NCBI GenBank assembly: GCA_002269645.1
Contig: NIVC01001128.1
Coordinates: forward strand, 329,554 to 393,553
Length of the DNA: 64,000 nt
Source of the DNA: Macrostomum lignano
Taxonomy: Eukaryota
Direction of reading: 5' to 3'
Both the position numbers and the translations under genes were made by a program. This document shows, in pieces, positions 11,976 to 24,475 of this stretch (the first letter of the stretch is position 1; each line of letters begins with the position of its first letter). The notes beneath the pieces are model-generated. The model was given only the letters and a program-made list of their open reading frames with translations. It searched no databases and had not been told where the DNA came from.

Positions 11976-13433
11976 ACATTGCCAAGGGATTATGTCTTGT
12001 GTTTATTTAAGAATGTGCAATCTAAACACATATTTAAGTTAGTCATTAAGTTCATAAAGTGAAAGTTTGCATGCTATATTGTGTGCATTATGGCAGGTAT
12101 GCTTTTGTTTAAAGTTATACTTAAACAGAAAGTATTGACCAAATTAGATGTTGCAGTTGTGTAGTTGGTCTATGTGACGGTACATTATTTAACACCATCA
12201 TCCGCATGCATGACGTAGCTTGCAAAGTATCAAGTGTTAATCTTACATTAACCATTAAGAATGCTCTGTTATTGTTTTGAATCCATTTTTATGTAGAAGT
12301 ATCAACCATTAAACATTCTATTTTTAATTACTTGGATTAACTTCTGCAGTGCAGTAAACTGTTAAAAAACAATTTCCACCTAGGTTGAAGTTACAATCCA
12401 CAAATGCTTGTGCTTGATTTTCTTCTAAATAAAATTAAGAATATTGAATAGCACTTAAAACTCTAACAACATAATACACATTACTAAAGACTAAATTGCA
12501 TTACACTTCACAGTTTACATAGGCATTATCTGGCCTAATATTTATTTGTCCTTACTTGCTTTTATTTAACTGTTTAGTCTAGTCTTTACTCTCTAGGATC
12601 ATATCCAAGGTGGGAGTATCCTAACTCTGTATTCAGTAGTAGTATATACAGTTTTAAGTGTGAGTAATTATAGTGATCATTGAATAAATAATGTATTACA
12701 ATTTATATTTAGATGATGCATAATTGTAAAATGCAAAAGGTGCACATGCACTTCTTGTGATATGCATATACAATTTAGCATTAATTGGAACAAAGTCAAG
12801 GGTGCAATTTACCATCCCAATTTTTTACTATTCTTTATGGTTTTTCTAGTTTTTAAAAAATCACACATGTCATGAGATTGCATCCTAAAATATGGAGCAA
12901 GGCAAAAAATCAGCAAATATTCAATGTTGATGGCAATGAAATATGCCCAGTTGCCAGTAAAATGTTCATTATAATCTAATAAAGCATATATTCTAATTCT
13001 AAAAGATACTTAAATATGTCTATATACTTTAAACTAGTAAATCTTTCTGTTCTCTACCAGAAGTAGATAGATCCTATGTGAAAGGGTTATATAAATAAAT
13101 TAAGATAATGAAGGTAGAATAACAGATCAATTTTAATATGATATTACCTGCTAGGTAATTTGTAAATATATAGCCCTTTCTCTATTTTTTCCATTTGCAA
13201 ATTGTCTCTAATTTAGTGTTTTTGTATATGATGGCAAGATGTATTTATTTATAGAACTTTCCTTAAGTTCTAGGCAATAGCAAATTAAATATAAGCTGTC
13301 TTTGTAAGTTGTAACTTATCTAGTTTTACATAAAGTATTTTTTGTTCAACTTTTTCTGGGGTCAAAATATAAATAACTGCCAAACCGTCCTCTTTTCAGC
13401 ATTAAATCTTCGAGAAAAATTGCTATATCTGCA

Positions 13434-15260
13434 ATGGCTTTTGAGTTTATTGAGGGCCGCAGAGGCTCAAATCTACTCCTACTTGACCAGTATGTTTATA
13501 GGTACAGAAGGAAAGAAGACAAAAAGCAATACTTCACTTGTCGAAATTCTGACTGTTATGTGAAAGCCACCCTGTCATTAGTGCCTGGTGGGGGCACTGC
13601 CACAACCAATGGGCATCACAATCATGGCCCCATTTCCATTGAGGAAGTTAGCAAGATGAGGATAAAGCAATGCCTGAGCAAGGTTGCCAGGGAACAGCCA
13701 GCAAAGTGCCTGCGAATTATTTTTGACAAAGTAACTGCTGAAAATTTAGATGGACAAGAAGTCAATTCCCGCAAGTGGAGTTGCAAATGTGCCGGGCGCG
13801 ACAAGCTATCCAACCTCGAATTCCTACTTCTATAGACGAGGCTGTCAATCTTTTACAAAATGAGGCAATGAATCTACAGGATTGCGGTATTGACAGCAAA
13901 AAAGTATTCCAAGGCAGTAGTCAGGGTGAACAGCAATCTGCTGTATTTTTTGCCTACCCTGATCTGCTAGTTAAACTGCAGCATGCCAGCACCATCTTTG
14001 TTGATGGCACATTTTGAGTGGTGCCTCAACTATTTTTTCAGCTGCTGACAATTGGAATCGTCAAGCAAGGCCTCTTTTTCCCATGTTTCTTTGCTCTTCT
14101 TAGTGGCAAGACAAAAACCGCATATCATCTAGTGTGGAACAAATTCAAACAACTTCTGTCTGCGTTTAAGCTGCTAAGTGTCATGAGTGACTTTGAGGTT
14201 GCTCTACATGATTCCTTGCTTGAGGCCTTCCCAACATCTTTGGCTCATGGATGCTGGTTCCATTACACAAAAGCCATTTTGACAAAGTTGAAGAAACTTG
14301 GGCTATGGACCAATATCTGCTATAATGCTGAGTTTTGGAGATATGTAAGGCTGTTAGTTAATGTGTCTGCCACTGCTTCTAGCATAGCATATTGTGGCAT
14401 TGCATGTAGTCCTACAACAACATCTTCATTACAATGCTTGCAAATGACAAGATGCAAGCTTTGCAAAGAGCATATATATATACAACCATTCTTACTGGCT
14501 AGATAAAGTTGGTGCAACTATCCTATCTGTTTTTGAATGTGAAGAAAGGACGACTACAAAGGAAGTGTTTTACCATAGCCAATGGAAGAGCTTCGTAGAG
14601 ACTGCTCACCCAAGCATGTGGGACTTCACAGTAGCGCTTTCTGCATCGACAAAGAGGAGTATTTGCTCAACATACATGGCTGACCTAGACTGGCTAAATC
14701 ATGGACTTCTGATCTGCCAAGTGCAGAAAAAGCGCTACATGCTCAGAAGTGTCTGCATTTGATAGCAATACTAGCTTTTAGCTAATCACCAGGCAACACC
14801 ATTGTAGGTATTGCGCAATTTGAGTGCATCAGCTGATCTTCCTCTTGATGACCCACAAGATGCTGCAGGCCTGGGCATAGACCAGCAGCCCGGCCAGGCC
14901 ATCAACCAGCAGCCCAGCCAGGCCATTGACCAGCAGCCTGGCCTGGCCATTGACTAGCAACCCAGCCAGGCCATTGACTAGCAGCCTGGCCTAGCCATTG
15001 ACTAGCAGCCTGGCCAGGCCATCAACCAGCAGCAACCCGGTCAAGGTGCCAGCCAGCACCAGCCTGGCTTAGATGCCGACCACCAGCAGCCCGACGTGCC
15101 ATGTCTGGTGTGTCTAGATGACACAATCTCCACCTCTGCCATATATCCTTGCGGCCACGTTGTTTGTTCTATCTATGCAGAAAGCCTTATGATTAGAGAG
15201 CTGCCATGTCCTGTTTGTCAACACAATCGTGAAGCAGTCATGCCACTTTTTTTTAATTGA
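13434..15260 (+). pseudogene. Decayed MULE/Mutator transposase: FLYWCH + MULE domain + QQPGQAID linker + C-terminal C3HC4 RING finger
   Basis: N-terminal FIEGRRG..YFTC....C..HNH (FLYWCH-like). MULE core motifs IFVDGTF, FFQLLTI, VMSDFE, GCWFHY. The last frame runs through several TAG/TGA stops into PCLVC..IYPCGHVVCSIY..LPCPVC..VMPLFFN* (15102-15260). At least two frameshifts. Confidence 0.85.
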
Positions 15261-17263
15261 GTGCCTTGTACTGCATGTGTGCAGCTGAATTTTTTGCATG
15301 CTTGCTTATTTTATGAAGGATCTAGTTTAAAACAGTAGATTTTGAAGACAAGACAAAACATAGATCTATGTGTTGGTAAATGGCACAAATGCTTAAAATA
15401 GGAACCTATCTGCTTAATATCCAGCCATTTAATTCAGTGTTTAAGCTTACTTGACATTTAAGGCCTTTTTTGGCTTGAAGAGTTTGGAAACAATGCAGTT
15501 CCAATCATTTTAGTAGAAGACTGAGACGTACTGTGTTCCTTCAGCATAGTTTTGGTCATAAAAAACCATTGCTGGTATAGATTGTTGTTTATTACCAGTT
15601 TCGTTTAGTACTGATCAGTTCTAAAATTATATTGTTAAACTAGTTTTCTTATCCACTTTATGATTACAGTGCTATTCTGCTGCGTGGCCTGCACCTAACA
15701 TTGTCAGTGGTGTTTAGTCAGTTGTCAAAGGTAGACCAGGATTTTATTAAATGTGCACTTTTCTATTGTATGTATTAGTAGTATTATATGCATGATTTCA
15801 CAGTTTTTGTGCCTTTTTTCTGTTGCAATGCGCCTATCATAAGGACGTTCATAGTAAACAAAAGTAATACCAAACAATTATAATAGGCCTCCAGTTTTTA
15901 TAACAATTTCTTAGAAAAAGTTGCATTTCAAAAATGTACTACTGTTGTTATACTATGCAAATATTAAAAATATTTCTTATATGCAAAATATTCTGAATAT
16001 TCTATATATTAATACTTTGTTTTAAATAATAGGAAAATTTTACTATAAATAGGAGTCAGCTGGGAGCAAAAATAAATAACCTTGTGAACCTTTTCTTGTA
16101 CCATTGTTTCGAACATTGATCAAGCTTTAAATCAGCCTTGGGCTTGTGATCACTTGTGTTACTTATTTTGAGTAGTGGCTAGTGACATAGGAGTTGCCCA
16201 AAGATTGGGAGTTCAGTCCATTCTCAGAGAACGAGAAATCCTAGACTTAGGAGGCTAGTAACCCGCCTTTAGAAGGCAGAATTCCTACCACAGGGTAGAG
16301 AAATCCAGGCTTAGAGTCTGAGAAACCCGGCTCAGGGCAGAATACCCAGCGAAGTGCACTGTGACCCTCTGATCCCAGGAATGCCCAGGACTGATAATAA
16401 TATCTTTAGAGGAGTATAGGGATAAGATAGATGGTGCCTAAAAGACCGCTGCCTAAAAGAATGCTACCAATAAAGGTACATACGCTACCAATAGAAGTAC
16501 ATGCAAAAGGCACGTAATAACCAGTAAGATTAATAAGAAATAACCCCTGTTACAACTTTGGTGGCAGCAAGTAAGGCTAAACAAAGAATAAATAAGAGCC
16601 CTGGGACAGCTTTTGGTAACAGCAATGGGATATTATTAAGAAAGAAGCATCCCTTGCAACAGCTTTTGGTGGTAGCTTTAGGACAGTCAATAATAGCAAT
16701 TAGAAAAGTAGCCCTGCAACACAATAATCCACAAAACAATCTAAGTACATTAATATACAGCATAAAAATACAGAATTTGTTTTCTTTATTTGATAGGACG
16801 ATTATGCAGTGGAATTGACAAATGAGAAAATGTTTTTCATTTACATGAATTAGATGGTAAAATAGCCACTTTCTATTTTCTTCCAGTCCTATTCTTCTTT
16901 GCTTATTATCCATATATTTTCATATGCAAATTAGTATTTCAGCTATTCAGTGTTTTGAACTATAACATTTGCTCTATTACACTCTATTTTTTGTTCCTAA
17001 AAAGCCAAGATGCTGGAATCTACCATAGTCATCAATTTTTGCCAATTTTAGCATCAATTATAATCATTGATTGGCTTGTGATTTAGGGTTGGTTTTTGCT
17101 ATTCTGTATTGGCTGATTGTTAGGTCATTCATACTCTGTCTAGGGTCATCCCCCATTTATATTTAACTCACTGGTATCAAAATAAAAAGCAAGGAGGTAG
17201 CCATTACTAACTGGCTAACTAATGATAAAAATGGCATGCGCGAGCAACAATCAAAGGTAGAAT

Positions 17264-17536
17264 CATACATGCGCAACTGCTGGCCGACCTAGCCGATCTG
17301 GCCACCGTAAATTGTGGTAGACCAGGGGTAAGTTGCAAAAATGCCACCCCAAAGAATACGGATGTAGTACTAATTAGATGCCAAGGTATTTATACCTCAT
17401 AAGAGTCATAGTTACTCCTGCCATTTACCCAAAACTGCGTTAATTTTGCTTTAGTGTTTTTTCACAGTTAAGTCGCATTTTTGGTCAAAAAGTAAGTCGC
17501 ATGGCCAGTGTAAATCAGGGGGGTTGCGCATGTATG
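17264..17536. mobile_element. hAT-type MITE (273 bp) with 8-bp TSD
   Basis: TIR catacatgcgcaac / gttgcgcatgtatg; TSD ggtagaat at 17256-63 and 17537-44. It is nested inside a second weak inverted-repeat element (~17187-17601). Confidence 0.85.
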
Positions 17537-18114
17537 GGTAGAATGCTAACTCTTCAATTTATGGTTAGCTAGCTAAGCTAAGTTAGCTATTCTCCTGCTT
17601 GCAAGTTTTGATCATTTCACACATTTCACCCAGTCTCTGCTTTGTTTGATTGTTTCTACGTTTAATATTATAGTTTGAATTAGTTATGAGTATTGGTGAT
17701 TTATCCATTTAAAATCTGGAATCCTAGATTATGATAAACTGTAATTGATCTTGTGATTGAACTGGAATATAGTGCACCATGTTGATTTATAATTGATTGT
17801 TGATTGCTGTGTATTGGATTCATTCATCTGTTTATTGAAATATTTAAAATTGGTACATTCACATTTTCTTCTTCATTCTATGTCCATTTCAACTTTCAAA
17901 TCCAATGCTTAATTAAATTCCTCAGTCTTTTTCTTTCCCCTGTACTTTCAAACCACCCAGCAAACCTCAACTCTGTGGTTGCTTACCCCCCTCCACCGCT
18001 CACCACTCTGCCTCCAAAAGCCCCAACCCCCCCCCCCCCCTATCCTCTCGCCTGCCTGGCCCTACCACCCAACACTGTACTTTTATTGATCAATCAAAAC
18101 CACTGTGAAGTGAT

Positions 18115-19025
18115 TATGTTGACTGGTGATGTGACCTTATGGGCTAGTGATGTGCCCATAGTGACTGGTGATGTGACCATGTTGACTGGTGATGTAACCT
18201 TATGGGCTGGTGATGTGACCATGTTGATTGATGATGTGACCTTGTTGACTAGTGATATGACCATGTTAACTGGTGATGTGACCATGTTGAATTGTGATAT
18301 GACCATGTTGACTGGTGATGTGACCATGTTGACTGGTGATATGACCATGTTGACTGGTGATGTGACCTTATAGGCTGGTGATATGACCATGCTGACTATT
18401 GATTTGACCATGTTGACTGTTGATATGACCATGTTGACTGGTGATGTGACCATGTTGACTGGTGATGTGACCTTATTGGCTGGTGATGTGACCATGTTGA
18501 CTGGTGATGTGACCATGTTGACTGGTGATGTGACTATGTTGACTGGTGATATGACCATGTTGACTGTTGATGTGACCCTATGGACTGGTGATGTGACCAT
18601 GTTGACTGGTGATATGACCATGTTGACTGGTGATATGACCTTATGGGCTTGTGATGTGACTTTGTTGACTGGTGATATGACCATGTTGACTGGTGATGTG
18701 ACCATGTTGACTGGTGATATGACCATGTTAACTGTTGATGTGACCATGTGGACTGGTGATATGACCATGTTGACTAGTGATATGACCATGTTGACTATTG
18801 ATGTGACCCTGTGGACTGGTGATGTGACCATGTTGACTGGTGATATGACCTTACGGGCTTGTGATGTGACCTTGTTGACTGGTGATATGACCATGTTGAC
18901 TGGCGATGTGACCTTATGGGCTGGTGATATGACCATGTTGACTGGTAATATGACCTTGTTGACTGGTGATGTGACCATGTTGACTATTGATGTGACCCTG
19001 TGGACTGGTGATCTGACCATGATGA
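18115..19025. repeat. 21-bp minisatellite (tgactggtgatgtgaccatgt), ~43 copies
   Basis: Visible tandem array; explains the MLTGDVT and VNMVTSP ORFs. Confidence 0.95.
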
Positions 19026-19916
19026 CTAGATTAAGCGCAGCAGTCCCCTAGAATTAAAGATAGTATAGGGTGAGAGAGGATGGTAGTGAGGAGAGGGAGT
19101 AAAGGGAGTGGGTTATAGTCTTATAGATCAAACAATGGTTACGCATTAGAGTTTATATAACATGCACAATGTCCTACTTTGTGTTGTACAGTTGAGTACT
19201 ATATTGATTATCCATTCTATCTATCCATCTATCCAACTCAACTGAGTACATGTGTACATGAGTGTGTGCATGCATGCATAAGGCTTTAAATAACAATTAT
19301 TACTACATATGGAAAATGTACTAAAAATAGATGCATATTTGTCCTTAAAGATATAAGACATTGACAATTCTAACTTGTGTAAATGTATCAATCAATCAAT
19401 CAGTCAACAAGTATATATCTATATCTTTTATGGCACTATAGCATATTAAATAGGCCTATATTTAGAGGTAATAGGATCTTGATTTGTTAATCTCCTATGT
19501 TAGGCTATTATAGTATTAAGTAGGCCTAGCCTAACCTAATAATTTGATACAAACAGTTTTGGAGAATTGTATGTTTAAAAAATGAAACTTTTTATCATCT
19601 TAATTTTTAAATTTAAATGTATATTGTATAAAAAAGTCAATAGAAAAACTTAAAATAGGCCTTTTCTTTATGACTTTATTTTAGGGCTAATACTTTTAAG
19701 CTAGTATGATGAATGAGCAATGACCTATGGAGTCATGCAAAATTTATACTATGACTATAAGTATGATGAGGTATGAGTTGACATTATTAAACAGCATGTT
19801 AAAGTCAAAGAGCATATTAAAGAGAATAATACAATTGGCAATTTTTTAAACCTGCTCTGGAACCAGATCAGGGTTCATTTAAGTTCATTTGTTGAATCGT
19901 TCAACTTCTATGTTAA

Positions 19917-20704
19917 GGGCAATTCCATATAATTATGGTCGTAACATGACAGGCTATTTTTACTTATAAAATGAAATCTAATAATAGAATACACTAAACC
20001 AATATTTTAAATGAAAGATTTTTTTGTCAAGAATATTTTTATAGAGTTTCATGTAGATATCATCATTAATATAGATGCTATTAAACCTTGAATGGCACTT
20101 CTGGTCGTAACGACAGGATTTTTGACAGATAGAAACTAAAAGGTAAAAGTCTTATAACATTTTTCATTTTTGATATTTTGCAATAAATTTTTTAAAATTC
20201 GACTAAGAACATCTTCAGAAATCATACTCTTTTTGTAGAATATATAAACTCAAAAAGGCAACAAAGATACAAAAGAAAAGGCAGCCTTATGGTCGTAACA
20301 TTCTAGTCGTAACATATTTTGTTCTGTCAATTCAGTGACTTAGAGGTACCAATATATTAAAAATATAATTGATTATTTGTTCATCAATACTTTTATCTGA
20401 TGATGCAAGTACTATACTTTTATCTATAGTTTGTTTCAACCTTCCAAAGCTTTCTATTTGTTTTTAAAAGGTTCACAAACTTAATGATGTCTTTTGCTTA
20501 AAAAACTGTCCAAATTTTTACAAAAATTACTTTTTGCCACTTGATAACATACTAATCTAACATTTTATCATTCATTTATTCTTAGATTGTAGATGTTACA
20601 CATAAAAAACATTTGGTAAAAAAATTGGCTAATCAGGCAGTGGCAAGCAAAAATATTGACTTTTTTCTATTTTCCAAATATGTCCATCTTATATGGAATG
20701 AGCC
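19917..20704. mobile_element. Non-autonomous DNA transposon flanked by TTAA (Kolobok-like ends)
   Basis: TTAA at 19913-16 and 20705-08; imperfect TIRs gggcaattccatataa / ttatatggaatgagcc; three internal copies of tggtcgtaac. The superfamily is inferred from TTAA plus purine ends. Confidence 0.55.
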
Positions 20705-20762
20705 TTAAACTATTTCGTTTAACAAACAACTGACGTCGCTCGAGGATCAATAGATGCTTTTC

Positions 20763-21313
20763 GGCAATCCTACACTTCCGTTCGGTAAATTATTTTCACA
20801 TTTGAATTCGTACCACCGAGTCAAATGACGTCGATTGGCAATGTGTCTATGGCCAAAAGTTTGAGCGAACAGAGTTTAAAGGGGTGCAAACTATTCTAAA
20901 CTAAACGCTGGTCTACCCAACCACGTCTCGGTGAACCATCGGCTGCACTTCGTAGATCCAGCGGACCCAACAGTCCACACCAACACCGTGGAGGGCACAT
21001 GGGCCCACGCGAAGCGCAAGATCCGCAACATGCATGGCACAAGCGACGCTCTCTTCGACGCACACATTGAGGAATTTCTCTGGCGTCGTCTGTATCCCCA
21101 ATGTCCATTTGGGGCTATCCTGTACTGGATTGGACATTACTATCCATTGTAGACACCTTAATGACCTGCAGACACACTCTAAGTGACTATGCGCTCTAAC
21201 AGACTGCTACCATGTTCCACTGTTTCAGTTTTGTTTGGTTACATTGTTATTTAACACGCCTGTTCAAAATTCAAATGTCAAAATAATTTACCGAACGGAA
21301 GTGTAGGATTGCC
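20763..21313 (+). mobile_element. Merlin (ISXO2/IS1595-like) internally deleted element with C-terminal transposase fragment
   Basis: ~45-bp TIRs ggcaatcctacacttccgttcggtaaattatttt; 8-bp TSD tgcttttc/agcttttc (7/8). ORF ..VSVNHRLHFVDP..VHTNTVEGTWAHAKRK..FDAHIEEFLWRR (20931-21152) is the DDE_Tnp_IS1595 C-terminus. Confidence 0.9.
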
Positions 21314-21605
21314 AGCTTTTCATATTACCAATTCCAGAATCAGAATCGGTTTGGGTCTTCCAAGAAAAACAGCAGTATAACTGTTTAATTTTGTTGAATG
21401 TTTGACTGCCTTAACAACCTCACTTAGCACAATTTTTCACTTTCTTCTTGGCGATTGTCGTTCAATAATAAAAACTTTATAGCACGTATCTCCCTCTAGT
21501 TATGGAGACAAAAAGTCATACTTCACAAATTGGTTCTGGTTCTGGAACCAGAACAAACAATATGAAAAGGCCCAATGATTCAATTTATGGGTTATGGGGA
21601 CCTGG

Positions 21606-24475
21606 CAGGGTTTTTTTTTGTGCGCAGAGTGTGCGTATGCACCCTAAATTTTAAAATCGCACCCTGAAATTAAAAAAGTAGGTGCGGTTTAGGTGCGGTC
21701 TTATAACCATTTTTCTTTAAAGGCTTAACCATGCTTAAGCTATTTTTTATGCACTGCCTTAAAATATGAAACAAAATAACTCTTTAAATCATATTAAGTC
21801 ATATAGGCGATATAGCCTATAGCTATAGCCTTATGTAAGATATTAAAATATACATTCCCAGTTGTCTGAAATGTGAGCAATGTGAGGGTTTCACGAGAGA
21901 TATTCAGACAAAGGCTCCCTAAAACACGCCCCGCACCGGGCCCCGAACTGCTACACATTATAACATTTTTTGTCAATGCAGTATTTGATTTGATTGGAAA
22001 AGTTAAAATAGTAATGGAATAAATATCTTTATTTATTTATTTAAATATTATAATTTTTTATATTCTCGTTTTCATTATTAAATTATAATATTATTATTTT
22101 ATTAATATTATTATTAATATCACTTATTGTTCACTGAATTTTATATTTCAAAGTAAAAAAAACTAAATTTAATAAAAACTTGAAGCTTAACAGAAAACGC
22201 ATTCTGAAGTGTCTTTAGTTATAGTCCAATTTGTTTTAATGTGTAGCGCTGCAGGGCGGTGCGGGGCGTGTTTTAGGGAGACCCATTCAGACAGACATTC
22301 AAAATGATTGTCTGTAACTTCAAACAAAATTGACCCGCTTCAACCATCTTTTTGGCAAATACTTACGCAAGTGTTTGGCGTCGAATAAGCTTTAATTTAT
22401 TAACTGAAGTAAAAATCCTTCTGACATACATTGATTTAAAAATTGCTTAGCAACACTAGCTCTGATTAGAAATTGCTTTACTGTTGACTAAAATTGTTTT
22501 GATTGTAGCAGCCTAAAAGCAGATACTGGATTTAAAAATGCTTCAATTTACTCTATACGCATGTCTCAGCTTTAAAATGACACCTCAGGCGTCGCAAAAG
22601 ACAGCTTTGATGCTGAGATATTCGACACTAAACATGCATTGCTTTGCGCAATCTCACATTCAGAAATTTCACTGATTTTTTGTCGATATTTGTGCAGTTG
22701 CCATGTCCTTGTTTTTCATCAGAATCTTATCAAATTCTAGTCATGTCTATACGCATGTCTCAGCTTTAAAATGACACCTCAGGCATTGCAAAAGACAGCT
22801 TTGATGCTGAGATATTCGACACTAAACATTGCTTTGCTCAAACTCACATTCGGAAACTTCACTGATTTTTATTCAATATTTGTTCAGATGCTTGTCTACT
22901 TCTCCATTTATTAACCATCGCATGGAGCCTTGCTAACGTACAAGTGTATGTAGTTACAGTAAATGGGGTTTTTGTGACTCACTTAAACTTGTTTACGCAT
23001 TCTACAGCTATTCGCCGCCTTTCATTGGAGTGATTCATGGAGTCCAGTTGATAAATTTCCACAAATTGGACTGCTTCTACGTCAGATCTCAACATTTGGA
23101 ACCGTCCTTGAACTATTTCAGAGTTAAGTGAGCTAATGGCATCAAATGGAAGGCTAGTGCTCGTACTTGTAAGCGAAGCAGGTTCACAATTGAAATGGTT
23201 GTATTCATGGCCATGGGATCTAAACTGATCTGTTTTACTTTCACGATCGATTTGGTCTCAGAAGGAGCAGCAGTTGATGGACTGAGGTGAGAAGAAGATG
23301 TGTCACGATTTGAGCTGTTTTTAGAAAATATCTTTATCCAATTAAATATTTTCATGCGGCTCCTTAGGTTGTTCCGAATTCCGAGTCTAGAAGTCAAGAC
23401 AGAAAAAAAGTTAAGAACTGCTACTGTAGTCCGTAGGGATTGGAAAGCTTAGCAGTACATTAGAAATCGCCTGTTCAATCTAAAAAGTTTGAAGTACATA
23501 TAGCTATTGGGTTGCAACAACAGTAGAAAAAATTCTTCCTTTTTATTTTATTCCCACCGCTTACCTGATTCCGATTTGGATAGCAGAATTGCCACGCAAA
23601 AAAAGTAAAAACATAACAAGAAACTATTTGCTTCATATTAATTGCCACTGACTGCTAATAAACGTGACGTCAATTTCTCTCAATAACAGTTGGAACATGT
23701 TTCTCGTACACTCGTATATTTATTTGAACCGCAAAGCGGTGAAAAAGTCATGATTGGTTGCCATATGTACAAATGTACACTCACAGACTCACTGACTCAG
23801 GTACAATCTATGCAATATAAAGGCAGGAATCATTAAAAATCAAATACTTAAGACAGTTTAAGAGAAGTCCAGGTTTAAACTGGACATGACTAGAATTTGA
23901 CAAGTTTCTGATGAAAAACAAGGACACGGCAGCTGCACAAATATCGACAAAAAATCAGTGAAATTTCTGAATGTGAGATTGCGCAAAGCAATGCATGTTT
24001 AGTGTCGAATATCTCAGCATCAAAGCTGTCTTTTGCGACGCCTGAGGTGTCATTTTAAAGCTGAGACATGCGTATAGAGTAAATTGAAGCATTTTTAAAT
24101 CCAGTATCTGCTTTTAGGCTGCTACGATCAAAACAATTTTAGTCAACAGTAAAGCGATTTCTAATCAGAGCTAGTGTTGCTAAGCAATTTTTAAATCAAT
24201 GTATGTCTGAAGGATTTTTACTTCAGTTAATAAATTAAAGCTTATTCGACGCCCAACACTTGCGTAAGTATTTGCCAAAAAGATGGTTGAAGTGGGTCAA
24301 TTTTGTTTAAAGTTAAAGACGATCGTTTCGAATGTCTGTCTGAATATCTCTTGTGAAACCCTCACATTCTAAACAAGACTCAAGAGAAATTGCACTCTGA
24401 GCCTTAAAATCGCACCTTGAAATTTGGCACAAGGTGCGATTTCGCACCTTATCTCTGGCGAAAAAAAAAACCCAG
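21606..24475. mobile_element. Non-autonomous hAT element (2.87 kb) with long internal inverted arms
   Basis: 8-bp TSD ggacctgg at 21598-605 and 24476-83; ends cagggttttttttt / aaaaaaaaaacccag. Internal inverted copies ~21879-22747 versus ~23883-24368, plus a ~130-bp direct duplication near 22553/22748. Confidence 0.85.
21911..22284. mobile_element. MULE-type MITE (374 bp, 9-bp TSD) nested in the hAT element
   Basis: TSD attcagaca at 21902-10 and 22285-93; ~55-bp imperfect TIRs ..ctccctaaaacacgccccgcaccg. The empty site is visible in the opposite arm (24331-24350). Confidence 0.88.

Noticed and set aside
14940-15010. Programmed TAG readthrough in the MULE linker
   Set aside because: The element has many other stops and frameshifts; mutational decay is sufficient.
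16530-16913. Overlapping ORFs and a stop-riddled frame at 16.5-16.9 kb
   Set aside because: No recognisable motif; probably a decayed TE fragment that I cannot assign.
11473-17536. Inverted similarity at 11.5 kb and 17.3-17.5 kb as the TIRs of a 6-kb MULE carrying the RING transposase
   Set aside because: The 17264-17536 copy is a self-contained hAT MITE with its own TIRs and 8-bp TSD; the 11.5-kb sequence is an older copy of that MITE.
17804-19051. MLTGDVT-repeat ORFs (antifreeze/beta-solenoid-like)
   Set aside because: 21-bp minisatellite open on both strands, with an internal TAG at ~18370 and no non-repetitive domain or splice context.
23113-23397. ORF inside the hAT element as a transposase
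   Set aside because: No BED finger, DDE or dimerisation motif recognisable; at most an N-terminal remnant.
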